In this document: in pieces, positions 51,138 to 64,000 of the stretch
Numbering within the stretch: the first letter of the stretch is position 1
Layout: the number at the start of each line of letters is the position of its first letter
DNA from: the human T2T-CHM13v2.0 reference genome, Homo sapiens
Assembly: GCF_009914755.1 (NCBI RefSeq)
Contig: NC_060926.1
Reading direction: 5' to 3' (one strand)
Length of the DNA stretch: 64,000 nt
Position numbers and translations under genes: made by a program
The notes under the pieces: generated by a model
The model's input: only the letters and a program-made list of their open reading frames with translations
What the model was told of the DNA's origin: nothing
The model's database searches: none

Positions 51138-53556
51138 TTATTTAAGGCTTCTTTAATTTCTTTCAAAATATTTTGTAACCTGCAGAGTATACATTGTGCA
51201 TTTCATTTGTTAATTTATAATTATTTTCTTTTTGATGCCACTGCAATAAATTGTATATTTCACTTTTGGAGGGTTCATCACTGGAGTATGAAAATACAAT
51301 TGCTTTTCATATGTATCTTATACTCTGTAAGCTTGCTGAACTCATTTATGGCTTCCAAGAGTTTTTTAGTGGATTCCTTAGGATTTTATATATACAGGAT
51401 TATGTTGGCTGCTAATAGAGACAGTTTTACTTTTTCCTCTACAATCTGGATGTCTTTTCACTTTCTTGAATAATTGTCCAATCCAGAATTCAACAACGTT
51501 GAGTAGAAGTGATCAGAGTGGACATCCTCATTTTGTTCCCGATTTTAGGTAGAAAGCATTTAGTCTTTCACCATTAATTATGATAAGTGCCTATGGATTT
51601 TTAATAAATGACCTCTATCAGATTGAGGAATTTCCTTCTATTCCTAGATTATTGAATATTTTATGAAATTGTGCTAATTTTGTCAAATGCTTTTCCTGAA
51701 ATTATTAAGATAACTACATGGTTTGTCTTTTATTCTATTGATATGGTGTATTATATTAATTGGTTTTCATATGTTGAGCCAACCTTGCATTCTTAGATAA
51801 AATCCCATTTGGTCATGGTATATAATCCATTATATATGTTGCCGGACCAGGTCTTTCAGTATTTCAGTGAGGATTTTGCCTCTATATTCATAAGGAATGT
51901 TCATTGGTAGTTTTTTTTTTTTTGTGATGTCTTTGTCTGGTTTTGATATCAAGATAATACTGGCCTAATAGGATGACTTGAGAAATGTTCCCTTACCTTT
52001 TCTGGAAAAGTTTGTAAAGAATTAGTATGACTTCTTCCTCACCAGTGAAGCAATTTGGGCCAGGACTTTTCTTTGTAGTTTTTTATGTACTATTTCAATC
52101 TCTTTACTTGTTAGAAGTCTGTTCACATTTTCTATTTCTTGTTGAGTCAATTTGATAATATGTGTCTAAGAATTTGTCCATTTTATTAAAATTATTTAAT
52201 ATCTAAATTGCTATGCAAACGTGCATAGTGTTCTAATTCTTTTGATTTTTGTAACGTCAGTAGCAATGTCCCCTCCTTCATGCTTGATTTTAATAATTTG
52301 AGTCTTTTCTTTTTCTTGGTCAGTTTAGCTAAAGATTTGTCAATTTTCTTGATATTTTCAAAGAAATAGCTTTTGCTTTTGCTTACGTTCTCTATTGTTT
52401 TTCTATTCTCTATTTCATTAATTTCTGTTATTTTTATTTTCTTCCTTCTGTCTGCTTTAGGTTTAGTGTGCTCCTTTTTTTCACTGTTTTAAGATGAAAG
52501 GTTAGGTTATTGATTTGAGATCTTCTTCTTTAATACAATTTTTTAAAGCTACACATTTTCCTCTAAACACTGCTTTGAGATTTTTTATGTGTGTTTTCCC
52601 TTTCCTTCATCTCAAAATATTTTCTAATTTCTCTTTTGATTTCTTTGACCCATTGTTTATTTAGAAGTGGATTGTTCAATTTCTCTATATTTATGATATT
52701 TTGCTATTATTATTTCATTCTATTGTGATCACAGATCACACTTTCTATAATTCTAATTCTTTTAAATGTAACAAGTCTTATTCATGGCTTACCATATGGT
52801 CTATCCTAGAGAACGTTCTATGTTCATCTGAGAATAATTTGTATTTGCCTCTTTTGAGGTGGAGTGTTCTATAGATCTCTGTTAGGACTACTTGATTTTT
52901 AGTATTGTTCAAGTCTTTTCTTGTTAATCTTCTGCCTAGTTGTTCTATCCATTATTGAAAGTAGAATATTAAATCCTCCAACTACTATTTTTTGTATTGC
53001 CTATCTTCGCTGCAATTCTGACAGTTTTTGCTTCAAGTACTTGGAGGCACTGTTAGTTGTACATATGGTAATTGTTATATCATCATAATAGATAAACACT
53101 CCTCTTATCATTATAAAATGTTCCTGTTTATGTCTATTAACTTGATTTCTGCTTTTTGTCTATTTTGTCTGAAGTTAGTACTGCCACTCCTGGTTTCTTA
53201 TGTTGATGTTCACGTGATATATCCTTTCCTATCCTTTTCCATTCAGCCTATTTGTATCTTTGAATTTAAAATATTTACTCTGTAGACATCATTTGGTTGA
53301 ATCATGGTTTTTGTTTTTAGCCCAATTTGACAATCTCTGCCTTTTGACTGGGTTGTTTAATCTGTTTACATTTAATGCTATTATTGTTATACTTGAATTC
53401 ATGGCTGCCATTATAACTTTTGTTTTCTATATGTCTCTAACTTTTTGTTTCTCTATTCCTCCTTTACTGCTTTCTTTTGCATTAATCAAATACTTTCCAC
53501 TGTAACATTTTAATTCCTTTAATAATTTTTTACCATATTTTGGAAGTTATTTTCTT

Positions 53557-53837
53557 TCCTTAAATTGTGTATTTTTAATTTTTGTGGATACATAGGAGCT
53601 GTATATATTTATGGGGCACCTGACATATTTTGATACAGTCATGCAATGTGTAATATTCACATCAGGATAAATGGAGTATCCATCACTGCAAGCATTTATC
53701 CTTTGTGTTACAAATAATCCAATTATACTCTTTTCGTTATTTTTAAATGCGCCATTAAATTATTATTGACTATTGTCACCCTTTTGTGCTATCAACTACT
53801 AGATCTTACTCATTCTTTCTACTTTTTTGTATCCTGG
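53557..53837 (-). mobile_element. L1MA (MA2/3-like) 3' end nested in the older L1
   Basis: tttgtggatacatagg...gtatatatttatgggg...cctttgtgttacaaataatccaattatactc, with a 12-bp TSD agttattttctt at 53545-53556 and 53838-53849. Confidence 0.88.
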
Positions 53838-53896
53838 AGTTATTTTCTTAGTGGTTGCTTTAGAGCTTACCATATTCATATCAATTTATCAGAATA

Positions 53897-53998
53897 TACT
53901 TCAGACTTATACTAATTTAGTTCCAGTGAGACAAAGCAATATTACTCTACTTCAGACTTACACTAATTTAGTTCCAGTGAGATAAAGCAATATTACTC
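53897..53998. repeat. 51-bp tandem duplication inside L1
   Basis: tacttcagactta(t/c)actaatttagttccagtgaga(c/t)aaagcaatattactc occurs twice, with 2 mismatches. Confidence 0.96.
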
Positions 53999-54201
53999 CT
54001 ATATAGCCCTATTCATTCATTCCTCCCCCTTTTGTGGTATTCCTGATGTGCATATTACATCCAGATATATAATATACAGTTATTGTATTACATCATTATA
54101 CAAAAATACATAGTTATAATTACCTTATGTAACTTCGTCTTTTAAAGAAGAGAACAAAGGATAACAAGTATTTATTTATGGAGTGTGTTGTATTAGCCTT
54201 C

Positions 54202-54244
54202 TTTTTTTTTTTTTTTTTTGAGACGGAGTCTCGCTCTGTCGCCC
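54202..54244 (-). mobile_element. Extremely truncated Alu 3' stub
   Basis: T18 followed by gagacggagtctcgctctgtcgccc, then L1 sequence resumes. Confidence 0.9.
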
Positions 54245-57200
54245 GTATTTGCCATTTCTGGTCCTTTTTTCCTGTGGACTCAAGTTACTCTCTAGTGCCA
54301 TTTCCTTTTTCCAATACAGCTTTGCTCCCACATATCTGTTTTGTACTTGTATTGTCAAATACATTACCTTTCTATATGTAATAGATCTGATAATACAATT
54401 ATATGCATAGTTTAACACAACTGCTTCCTAAATCTGTTGAAATATGCTTTTATACTTTACTTTATAGTTGCATAATTATCTTTACTCTTTGTTGTTGTTG
54501 TTTCCATGTACATTCAAATTACTGTTTGGGATCACCTGCTTTTACCTGAAGAACTTCCTCAGTATTTCTTGTAAAGCAGGTCTGTTAGCAGCAAATTCTC
54601 TCAGCTTTTGTTTATCAGGAAATGTTTTTCTTTTATCTTCATTTTCAAAAGACTGTTGTGTTGGCTATAAGATTGTTGGTTGACAGGTTTATTTCTCTAG
54701 CACTTTAACTATGTCATTCCATTCATTGTCTTTGATGGAAGAAAGTTAATTGATAATCTCATCGAGGTCCCCTTGTATGTGATGAGTACTTTTCTCTTGT
54801 TGCTGTCAAGATTTTTTTGTGTGTTGTTTGTCTTTCAGTATTTTTACTATGATATGTCTAAGTGTGGATTTCTTTGTGTTTATTATATTTGGAATTTATT
54901 GAGGCTCTTAGGTGTATAGATGAATGGCTTTCATCAAATTTCAGAGGTTTTCAGCCATGATTTTTCAAATATTTCTTCTGCTCTCTTTTTTCTCTTTTCT
55001 TCCTGGTACTCCAGTTACACATATGTGTCCACTATTTCTCTGAGGCTCTGTTTATTCTTCTTCATTTTTTTCTCTTAATTCTTCAGACTGCGTAATCTTT
55101 GTTGATCTTTCTTCAAGTTCTCTGATTCTTTCTTCTGTCAGCTCAAATATACAATTAAGCCCTTCTGGTAAATTTTTAATTTTAGTTACCATACTTTCAC
55201 CTTCACAATATCTATTTTCTATCATTTCTATCTCTTTGTCATTATTCTCTATTTTATGAAACATCATTATGCCTTCCTTCCTTTGCCACTCTAAGGACAG
55301 TTTCCTACAGTTCTTTGAACATGCTTATAATAGTTGCTTTGAAGTATTTGTCTGCTAAGTCTGACATCTAGGCCCTTCACAGTTTCTATGACCTGCCTTT
55401 TTTCCATGTATCAGTCACACTCTTCTATTTCTTCTCATCTCATAATTTTTTATTGAAAACTGGACATTTTAGATGATATATTGTAACAATTCTGCATGCT
55501 GATCCCTTGCTCTGCAGCTTGATGTTGATGATGTTATTGTTTGCCTGTTTATTTTAGTGACTTGACTAGGTTATTTTAGTGGTCTGTTTCCCCCAAGGAT
55601 GCAGCCTCTGATGTCACCACTCAGAGGAGGCATCCTTGGGCATGTACACTGTCACCCTGAGATGGCAGTGGTTTTATTAGTGCTGTCTTTGACTGTCTCT
55701 TTCCCTTTTATCTCTGTTGTCTGGCTCCATTTATATCATGCCCAGCTATTAGCCCCCACTAATTGCTGGCTAATTGTTCTATTATGTTTTATAGTACCCT
55801 GAGGCGTAAATTGCTCCAGAGTCTGATGCAATTAAATTTAGGTCCCTTTGCAGGGGTAATCTTTGAGGCCAGTCTCTGAAGAAACTATCTCTTAGCTGTC
55901 TCTTTCCATAATTCCCTCCAGTAAATTTCTAGATGGTCTGAGGTTAAGCTTGTTGCTTTCATGGAGCAACCAGTCCCCTCTTAATTGCATGTCACCAAAA
56001 TCCCTATTGTTTCTAAGAGCACTCTTAGGTTTGTACTATCTTACATGGTGGTAAAAATAAAGCCCCTAAGCCTTGGGAGAGCTTCAGTGCTTTTTGATCT
56101 TGTGCCCTGCCTCTCCCCTTGGGTAATAAATCTGCAGCACTGCTCTAGAACTGAGGGTCAGGGACAGAGAACTACTTCTCTCAGTCACACCTGCTTTGTG
56201 AGCTTTATGTGTGTCACCTTGGGGTGGTTTGGCAGCCTCCAGGCTTTGTGGTTTACCTCTCCTTGCATAGAGACTTTTACCCAAGCTAGGGTGAGGTGAT
56301 GGGGCCCTCTATTCCTGGCTGCCATGCCTGGGGTAGATCTTCTGCCCTATTAGTATGTCATAAGTGGAGGAAGACAGCCCCAGATCTCTCAGCCATTCTT
56401 GCCTGGAATAGACCCTCTGATACACAGAGATGTGGTGAGGATGTAAAATGCTGGTGGCCTGTCCCTACCCCTTGGAGACACTGGAGCCCTCAACTGGAAG
56501 TTGAGTGAAGAGGGAGTCCTTTATTTTTGGTTGTACCTGCCCAGTGTGGAAATTCCCTCATTGTGAGCTGAGAGAGTAGGAAGGGAGGAAGCAAATTGCG
56601 GATCAAATGCCATGTACTCCCGTCCTTACCAAGATGCAGTAAACTTTCTTGAATAAATATTTCTTCATCTGCTGTATGGCCCAAAGACAATGCTCAGCGA
56701 CTTTAAAAAATTTTAATGTATATAATTTTCACCAGTTGTGGTTGTTTCACTGGGGAGAGGGCCTGTGAACACCTCCATTCCAAAAATGATGTCCCATAAG
56801 TCATTCTTAGCTTCCTAGAAATGCATGGCTGACAGGCACTGAGGGCTACTGGTTGCAACCTGAATCCTGGGCCATTGAGAACAGAAACAAGATAAGGAAA
56901 TGGAGAGGTAAATAGAGGATGTGTGGGAAAGAGAAGAGAGGGTAATGAGGTCTGTCTCACCATGCCTCTGACAATAGAGCAACAATAAATAAAAATTAAT
57001 CTTGTTTCATCTAAGACAACATTGGACACAATCTTGAGGTGTGCAAACTTAGTCTTTGGCAACCCTGCCTTCCATCTGTGAATGTCTCATACCTGGTATC
57101 CTCCAGGTGAGGGTAGTCTCACTCAGGACTTTTATCTCTCTCACCTGTTCCTTTTTCAGCTCTTTGTTTAATTTCTAGAGGAAGTTACCAGCCCTTAATT

Positions 57201-57714
57201 CACACCAAAATACATGTCATTGGCTGGGAGCTGCTTAATATGAGATCTTGCTAGAGGAATTTGCTTTTCAAAAGGGAAAACCCTATTCATCCTAAAGGCA
57301 TGATCCCCTAACTGAGGAACTTGAGGCTACATCACTAGGTCAGCCCAGGCTATATGAAGCCAGAGAGAAGGGGGATCTTTTAGAACCTTAACTAAGGCTG
57401 CTTCACATATTTCTGAGGCCTCTAGAGCCAAATATTCTGGCTAAAAAAAAATTCTGACATGTCCACAGATCTGAGGAGGCACACTGTCTCAGTAAGCACA
57501 GCTGCTCTCCATTTGGTTAATGATAGCCCATCTCAAATTTGGTGTGTGCAAACAAAAGAGCCAGCAGGCCCAGCTCCACCGAGCTTGCCCACAGAGGCCT
57601 CTGAGCCGCAGGCTGCCACAGGATCTCTGGTAGAAACAGAACGATCTGTGTTGCATCTGGTGTGATAAGGCTGGTCTGTGTCAGGTGAAGGCCAGGTATA
57701 GACTTTGGCTTATA

Positions 57715-58049
57715 CAGTCATGCACTGCACAATGACATTTCAATGTCTGACGGCATGTATGACAGTGGTTCCATGATCTTATAAGACCATGTTTTAACTG
57801 TACCTTTTCTACGTGCAGATATGAAAATACCTACCATTGTGTTACAGTTGCCTACAGTATTAAATACAATCACATGCAAGTACAGGTGTTCAGTCTAGGA
57901 GCAATGAGCTCTACCGTAAAGCCTAGGTGTGTGGCAGGCTATTCCATCTAGGTCTATGTAAGAACATTCTATGATGTTTCCACAGTGACAAAATTACTCA
58001 GTGACGCATTTCTCAGAACATATCCATGTCATTTAGTGACACATGACTG
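57715..58049. mobile_element. Tigger3a (MER7A/Golem) DNA transposon
   Basis: Termini ta-cagtcatg...catgactg, with internal taccattgtgttacagttgcctacagtatt and aagcctaggtgtgtggcaggctattccatctagg. Confidence 0.88.
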
Positions 58050-59192
58050 TGGTACAATGTGGCAGGATTTGGTAGCAGACAGGCCAGTGAAGGGATCCTA
58101 CAAAGATACCAAAGGCTGTGCCAGTAACAATGCAAATGCAGGAGTAAAAAGGAGGAAAAAAGCATTGGAGGAAGATGCAGGCTACAGACCTTCAAGCCTA
58201 GGGCAAATCTGTTCAATCTTTGTCATTCTATGTGGTTTTCTTAGGCACCTCTCTGTTATCTCAAAAGTCAGCCCAATTTTCAGTCAATCCAATATTGACT
58301 TACTGTTTAATCCCTTATTTGAAAGAAAACTTTTTCTCTCTGAAAGTCCATTAAGTCACTGACCCTGAGAAGCCTTCCTGAATCTTTTTGGCATTTGGTC
58401 TTCTCTGTCTTCTTGGCTCCCATTGCCCTCCATATAAACTCAAATGGTCAAGAGCCAACTGAAAAAGCCATCCCACCAGAGATCCACCCCACAGTAGATG
58501 CTTCCATCCCTGTCCTCCTGCTTGAATCTGGTCAGCTGGCTATGATCTGGTACTTCAAATCCCTCCCATGAATGGGGTCCGATACACTCCCATCTCTGAT
58601 CCAAAGCATTTCACTAAAATCTATTTAGAGCGATAAGTAGGGAGCAACCTCTGGAGACCAAGCCACTGAAATGACCATTCTATCTGTTTCACAAGTGACC
58701 TCCATGACTGCGGAGGTTTTCATCTACCTTGTTTACTGCTGTCTCCCTAAGGCCCAGCACAATCCTGGTTCACAGTAGGTGCTCAAATAGGAATTGATTG
58801 AATAAACAAGGCTGTTCTTGCACAAAGAGGGATGAGTTCTGGGCTGCCACATTTCATACAAAGGACAACTCACATCTGTCTTCAATAGACTCAGCTGCTT
58901 AGAGGTACCTGGAGCTGGTTTAATTCCTTGCCAAAGCTCCTCTCCAAATTCAACCACTCTCTGAAGGTGCTTTATACTTACACATTCTAATCATTTCTAT
59001 ACAGTCTGAATATGCCCAGGTCAATGAGACAGCTGAGCTGCCATGATCTATTTTAGGGTCTACCTCACAATCACTACCACCACTCAACTAAACCAGCATG
59101 GAAACTACTTTTTATGGTTGAAAGCATAGAAGGGGCTATTGTGTCAGTTATAGGACCAGGGGCTGACAAAGCCAAACACCCAACTGCAGGTC

Positions 59193-61487
59193 TGTATTAG
59201 TCCATTTTCACACTCTTGATAAAGACATACCCAAGACTGTGCAATTTACAAAAGAGAGGAGTTTAATGGACCTATACTTCCACATGGTTGTGGAGGCCTC
59301 AAAAACATGACAGAGGGCAAGCAGGAGAAAGTCACATCTTATATGGGTGGCAGCAGGCAAAAAGAGAGAGAGAGAGAGCTTGTGCAGGGAAACTCCCATT
59401 TTTAAAACCATCAGATCTCGTGAGACTTATTCACTATCATGAGAACAGCATAGGGAAGACCCACCCTCATGATTTAATTATCTCCCACCGGGTCCCTCCT
59501 GCAACACATGAGAATTATGGGAGCTACAAGATTAGATTTGGGTGAGGACTCAGAGCCAAATCATATCATTCCACCCTGACCCTTCCCAAATCTCACGTCT
59601 CCACATTTCAAAACCAATCATGCCTTCCCAACAGTCCCCCTAAGCCTTAACTCATTTCAGCATTAACTCAAAAGTCCACAGTCCAAAGTCTCATCTGAAA
59701 CAAGGCAAGTCCCTTCCATCTATAAGCCTGTAAAATCAAAAGCAAATAAAGTTACTTCCTACATACAATGGGGATAACAGGAATTGCGTAAATACAGCCA
59801 TTCTGAATGGGAGAAATTGGCTAAAACAGAAGGGCTACAGGCCCCATGCAAGTTCAAAATCCAGTGGGGCAGTCAAATCTTAAAGCTCCAAAATGATCTC
59901 CTTTGACTCTATGTCTCGTATCTGGGTCATGCTGATGCAAGAAGTGGGTTCCCATCATCTTGGGCAGCTCTGCCCCTGTGGCTTTGCAGGGCATAGCCTC
60001 CCTCCTGGCTGCTTTCACAGGCTAGCATTGAGTGTCTGCAGCTTTTCCAGGCACACGGTGCAAGCTGTCAGTGGATCTACCATTTTGGGGTCTGGAAGAT
60101 GGTGATGGCCCTCTTCTCATAGCTCTACTAGGCAGTACCCCAGTAGGGACTCTGTGTGGGGGCTCTGATCCCATTGCCCTAGCAGAAGTTCTCCATGAGG
60201 GTCCCACCCCTGTGGCAAACTTCTGCCTGGGCATCCAGGAATTTCCATACATCCTCCAAAATCTAGATGGAAGTTCCCAAACCTCAATTCTTGACTTCTG
60301 TGCACCTGTGGGCTCAACACCACATGGAAGCTGCCAAGGCTTTGGGCTTACACTCTCCGAAGCCACAGCCCAAGCTGTACCTTGGCCCCTTTTAGTCACA
60401 GCCAGAGCAGCTGAGACGCAGGACACCAAGTCCCTAGACTGGACACAGCAGCCCTGGGCCCAGCCCACAAAACCATTTTTTTCTCCTAGGCCTCCAGGTC
60501 TGTGATGGGAAGGGCTGCCACAGAGGTCTCTGACATGCCCTGGAGACATTTTTCCCATTGTCTTAATGATTAACATTTGGGTCCTTGTTATACTTATGCA
60601 AAGTTCTGCAGCTGGCTTCAATTTCTACTCAGAAAATGTGATTTTCTTTTTTATTGTATTGTCAGGCTGCAAATTTTCTGAACTTTTATGCTCGTTTCCC
60701 TTTTAAAACTGAATGCCTTTAATAACATCCAAGTCACCTCTCGAATGCTTTGCTGTCTAGAAATTTCTTACGCCAGATACCTTAAATCATCTCTCTCAAG
60801 TTCTAAGTTCCTCAAATCTCTAGGGCAGGGGCAAAATGCTGCCAGTCTTTTTGCTAAAACATAACAAGAGTTCTACTTTTCAACAAGTTCCTCATTTCCA
60901 TCTGAGTCCACCTCAGCCTGGACCTTATTGTCCATATCATTATCAGCATTTTGGTCAAAACCATTCAACAAGTCTCTAGGAAGTTCAAAACTTTTCTGCA
61001 TTTTCCTGCCTTCTTCTGAGCTCTCCAAACTGTTCCAGCCTCTGCCTGTTACCCAGTTCCAAAGTCACTTCCACATTTTGGGGTACCTTTTCAGTAGCAC
61101 TCCACTCCCAGTACCAATTTACTGTATTAGTCCATTTTCACACTGCTGATAAAGACACCCAAGACTGGGCAATTTACAAAAGAGAGGGGTTTAATGGACT
61201 TACAGTTCCACATGGTTGGGGAGACCTCACAATCAAGGCAGAAGGCAAGGAGGAGCAAGTCACATCTTACATGGATGGCAGCAGGCAAAGAGAGAGAGAG
61301 CTTGTGAAGGGAAACCAGTTTTTAAAACTATCAGATCTCATGAGTCTATTCACTATCACGAGAATAGCAGAGGAAAGACCTGCCCCCATGATTCAGTTAT
61401 CTCCCTCTGGGTTTCTCCCACAACATGTGGTAATTATGGGAGTTACAAGATGAGATTTGGGTGGGGACACAGAGCCAAACCATATCA
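59193..61487 (-). mobile_element. Complete THE1 (THE1C-like) MaLR element: LTR 59193-59568, internal 59569-61122, LTR 61123-61487
   Basis: Two direct LTRs (tgtattagtccattttcacact...catatca) flank a THE1-int-type region, with TSD aggtc (59188-59192) and aggtt (61488-61492). Confidence 0.95.
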
Positions 61488-61626
61488 AGGTTGAAGCTGA
61501 CTTTCATATAATCTTGCCTGAGGCTCCATATGATGTGCATATATGCGTCTTGTGTGCAAGTGCATATGCATGTTGAGAGAGGGAGAAGAGTGGAGGGGAA
61601 AGAAGAGGAGGAGAGAGGAGGGGAGA

Positions 61627-62166
61627 CATTATGGTTAATATTGAGTGTCAACTTGATTGGATTGAAGGATTCAAACTATTGTTCCTGGGTGTGTCTGTGA
61701 GAGTGATGCCAAAGGAGATTAACATTTGAGTCAGTGTACTAGGAGAGGCAGACCCACCCTCAGTCTGGTTGGGCACCATCTAATCAGCTGCCAGTGTGAC
61801 TAGAATAAAGCATACAGGAGAAGATGGAAGAGCAGACTTGCTGAGTCTTCTGGGCTTCATCTTTCTCCCACACTGAATGCTTTCAGCCCTAAAACATCAG
61901 ACTCCAAGTTCTTCAGCTTTTGGATTCTTGGACTTATGCCAGTGGTTTGCCAGGGGCTCTCAGGCCTTTGGCCACAAACTGAAGGCTGCATTGTCAGCTT
62001 CCGTACTTTTGAGACTTGGACTGGCTTCCTTGCTCCTCAGCTTGCAGGTGGCCTACTGTGGGACTTCACCTTGTGATCCTGTGAGTCAGTACTCCTTAAT
62101 AAACTCCTTTTCATATATACATCTATCTTATTAGTTCTGTCCCTCTAGAGAACCCTGACTAACACA
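61627..62166 (+). mobile_element. MLT2A (A2-like) ERVL solo LTR
   Basis: atggttaatattgagtgtcaacttgattggattgaaggat...aataaactcc...ttagttctgtccctctagagaaccctgactaacaca. Confidence 0.93.
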
Positions 62167-62170
62167 AAAA

Positions 62171-62282
62171 GGCAGAGGAGAGGAGAGCAAAGGGGAGGGG
62201 AGGAGGAGAGGGGAGGGGAGAAGAGGGGAGGGGAGAGGAAAGAGGAGGAGAGAAAGAGGAAAGAGGAGGGAAAACAGGAAAT
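62171..62282. repeat. (GGAGA/GGGGA)n purine-rich tract; a similar tract lies at 61575-61626
   Basis: Seen directly on both sides of the MLT2A LTR. Confidence 0.9.
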
Positions 62283-62798
62283 GGAGTAAAGGATCCCCTC
62301 ATATCCCACAGAACTTCCCTTAACCTCGTGGCTCCTCAGCCCACTCACCTGCATAGAATCCTGTTTCATCAGCATCAGAAGGTGAAGATTGAAATCATAT
62401 AGGCTCAATTTCTTTATGTATTCAGTGATAGCAGCTCCCAGAAAAGAAACCTAAACAGAAGTGAAATATTAATTCTCCCACAAGTACAGGTGTCTCTTGG
62501 CACAAATTTAGCATGAACACCATCACCAGATGCACCCCCATTGCTGAGGATCCGAGGACTTTGGTCCAGGTTTGGATGCTGGATCCTAGGAAGACATGGC
62601 TGAATCTGTAAATAGAAAATCACAAATCAAGAGATTATTATCCAAAATTTGGATGACTAGGTGGGTTCATTTTGTATACCTGGAATTCTCACAGGACAAT
62701 TTCATTAAAAAGAATAGCAACTATGGTGTTACTGTTGACTACTGTCAATTTTTTTTTATTATAAAAACACATCAAGACCTGATTATTCATCTGGAGTG

Positions 62799-62844
62799 AT
62801 AAATAAATAAATAAATAAATAAATAATTAAATAAATAAATAAAA
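62799..62844. repeat. (TAAA)n microsatellite
   Basis: Seen directly. Confidence 0.95.
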
Positions 62845-62849
62845 CTTTG

Positions 62850-63510
62850 AATGATACCCCTTCAGTCACACCACAAGGCCCAAAGTCTGCAGCCTGGCAC
62901 TCAAAGCTACCAAGATAAATCTCTAACCTACCTTCCCAGTCTCATCTCTCAATACTTGTACATAATGTTTCTTCTACTTCAAAGTACTTGGTATTTTTTC
63001 ATGATCAATCTCCTGTGATTTCCTACTGCCTTGTGGTTCACACCATACCTTTCAGCTAGAGACCCACTTCCTTTCCATTTGTCCATGACCAAGTTATACC
63101 CCTGCCTCAAGGCCCATCTCAAATGCAACCTCCTTTCTGAAGATATCTCCTTTCAGCCCCCAACAGAGCAATATCTCACTCCTCCTGTAAACCCCATATG
63201 TAGACAGTAATTCATCAAACTTGATAGTATAAATAATAAAAACTTACAGTAAACTCATCTAACAAATATTAAATCCCAATTATTTGCCAGACACAATATT
63301 AAATACTTAATATTTATTGATTCACTTAATTAATGATTTTCATATATGTTTTGTGTTCCCCAATGCCTGATGGCAGCCTTTAGTCTAAATCATATTTCTC
63401 TGCTATAATCCTTAACATTATGCCTAGATACAGTAAATTATCAATAAATGCTTATTGAGTATAAATTAATTAATGTACAATATGTGAATATATAAATGAA
63501 TGAATGAAGC
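62850..63510 (+). mobile_element. L2 3' region, fragmented
   Basis: agcctggcactcaaagc...tcaaggcccatctcaaatgcaacctcctttctgaag...tcaataaatgcttattgag...aatgaatgaatgaa. Confidence 0.75.
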
Positions 63511-64000
63511 AAAAGGATGCCTGTTTAGAGGCACAATTTCCAAGACCATTAGGCAGAGCTTCTGGATTTCTATGCATATTATATGAGTTCTTTTCCATTC
63601 TCAATAAGATTCTAGAGTCTCATATAGCAAATCACAACAAGCCTGCAGCTACGATGTGTGGATGGTGAGCCTTTTGCATAGGATCATGAAGAGGACTCCT
63701 AGCGTTTAATTCTCTAAATTACACTCACCCCTTCAACAAACCAGAAAACAGTATAGCAATCTTTTATCCTTTCTTTCCTGGCCCACTCTCCCTAGCTCTA
63801 GCACCCAGAACTTTTACGTTTTTCTGTCCCACAGTAAGTGACGAACTAATTCAAACATACACAGGTGTACAAGAAAATAAATCCTCTTCCAAGGGTGCTA
63901 TAAGTCTTTGAGGTCAATGCTTAATGCAAAGGAATGGAGTGATTTCAAACATCAATGAGGAGAAAAGAAAGTATAACCAGAATTATTGCATGGCTAGTCC

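Larger units (their letters stand above)
51138..56770 (-). mobile_element. Long degenerate L1M element: 5'UTR, ORF1 and part of ORF2
   Basis: Continuous T-rich antisense L1 sequence. ORF 55052-55267 (KIKNLPEGLN...EERIRELEERSTKITQSEELREK) resembles the ORF1p coiled coil. Right boundary is approximate. Confidence 0.85.

Noticed and set aside
60022-60621. Overlapping 199-aa and 157-aa ORFs
   Set aside because: They lie in the THE1 internal region and are translated repeat sequence, not a host gene.

Overview
This is primate (human-like) non-coding genomic DNA, intergenic or deep intronic. It is densely packed with interspersed repeats: Alu/FLAM, MIR, L1 (PA/MA/MB/MC/ME-type), L2, L3/CR1, MaLR and ERVL LTRs (MLT1, MST, a complete THE1 element, MLT2A), and DNA-transposon relics (Tigger, MADE1, MER5A, MER96, Charlie). 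I find no protein-coding gene, RNA gene, CpG island or CRISPR array. The ORF track is explained by chance ORFs and translated repeats. Repeat subfamily names come from my recall of consensus sequences and need RepeatMasker/Dfam confirmation. The most unusual structure is at 16.9-18.6 kb: a ~470-bp high-identity inverted duplication, a 75-bp direct duplication of an L1 tail and its TSD, and a small fold-back at one junction, consistent with a fossil replication template-switch event. Other points are back-to-back THE1 and MLT2A LTRs with DUX4-like motifs, an eroded TTAGGG-like tract, a very short Alu 3' stub, and several candidate enhancer or exon patches. I cannot support a claim of a new multi-component biological system.
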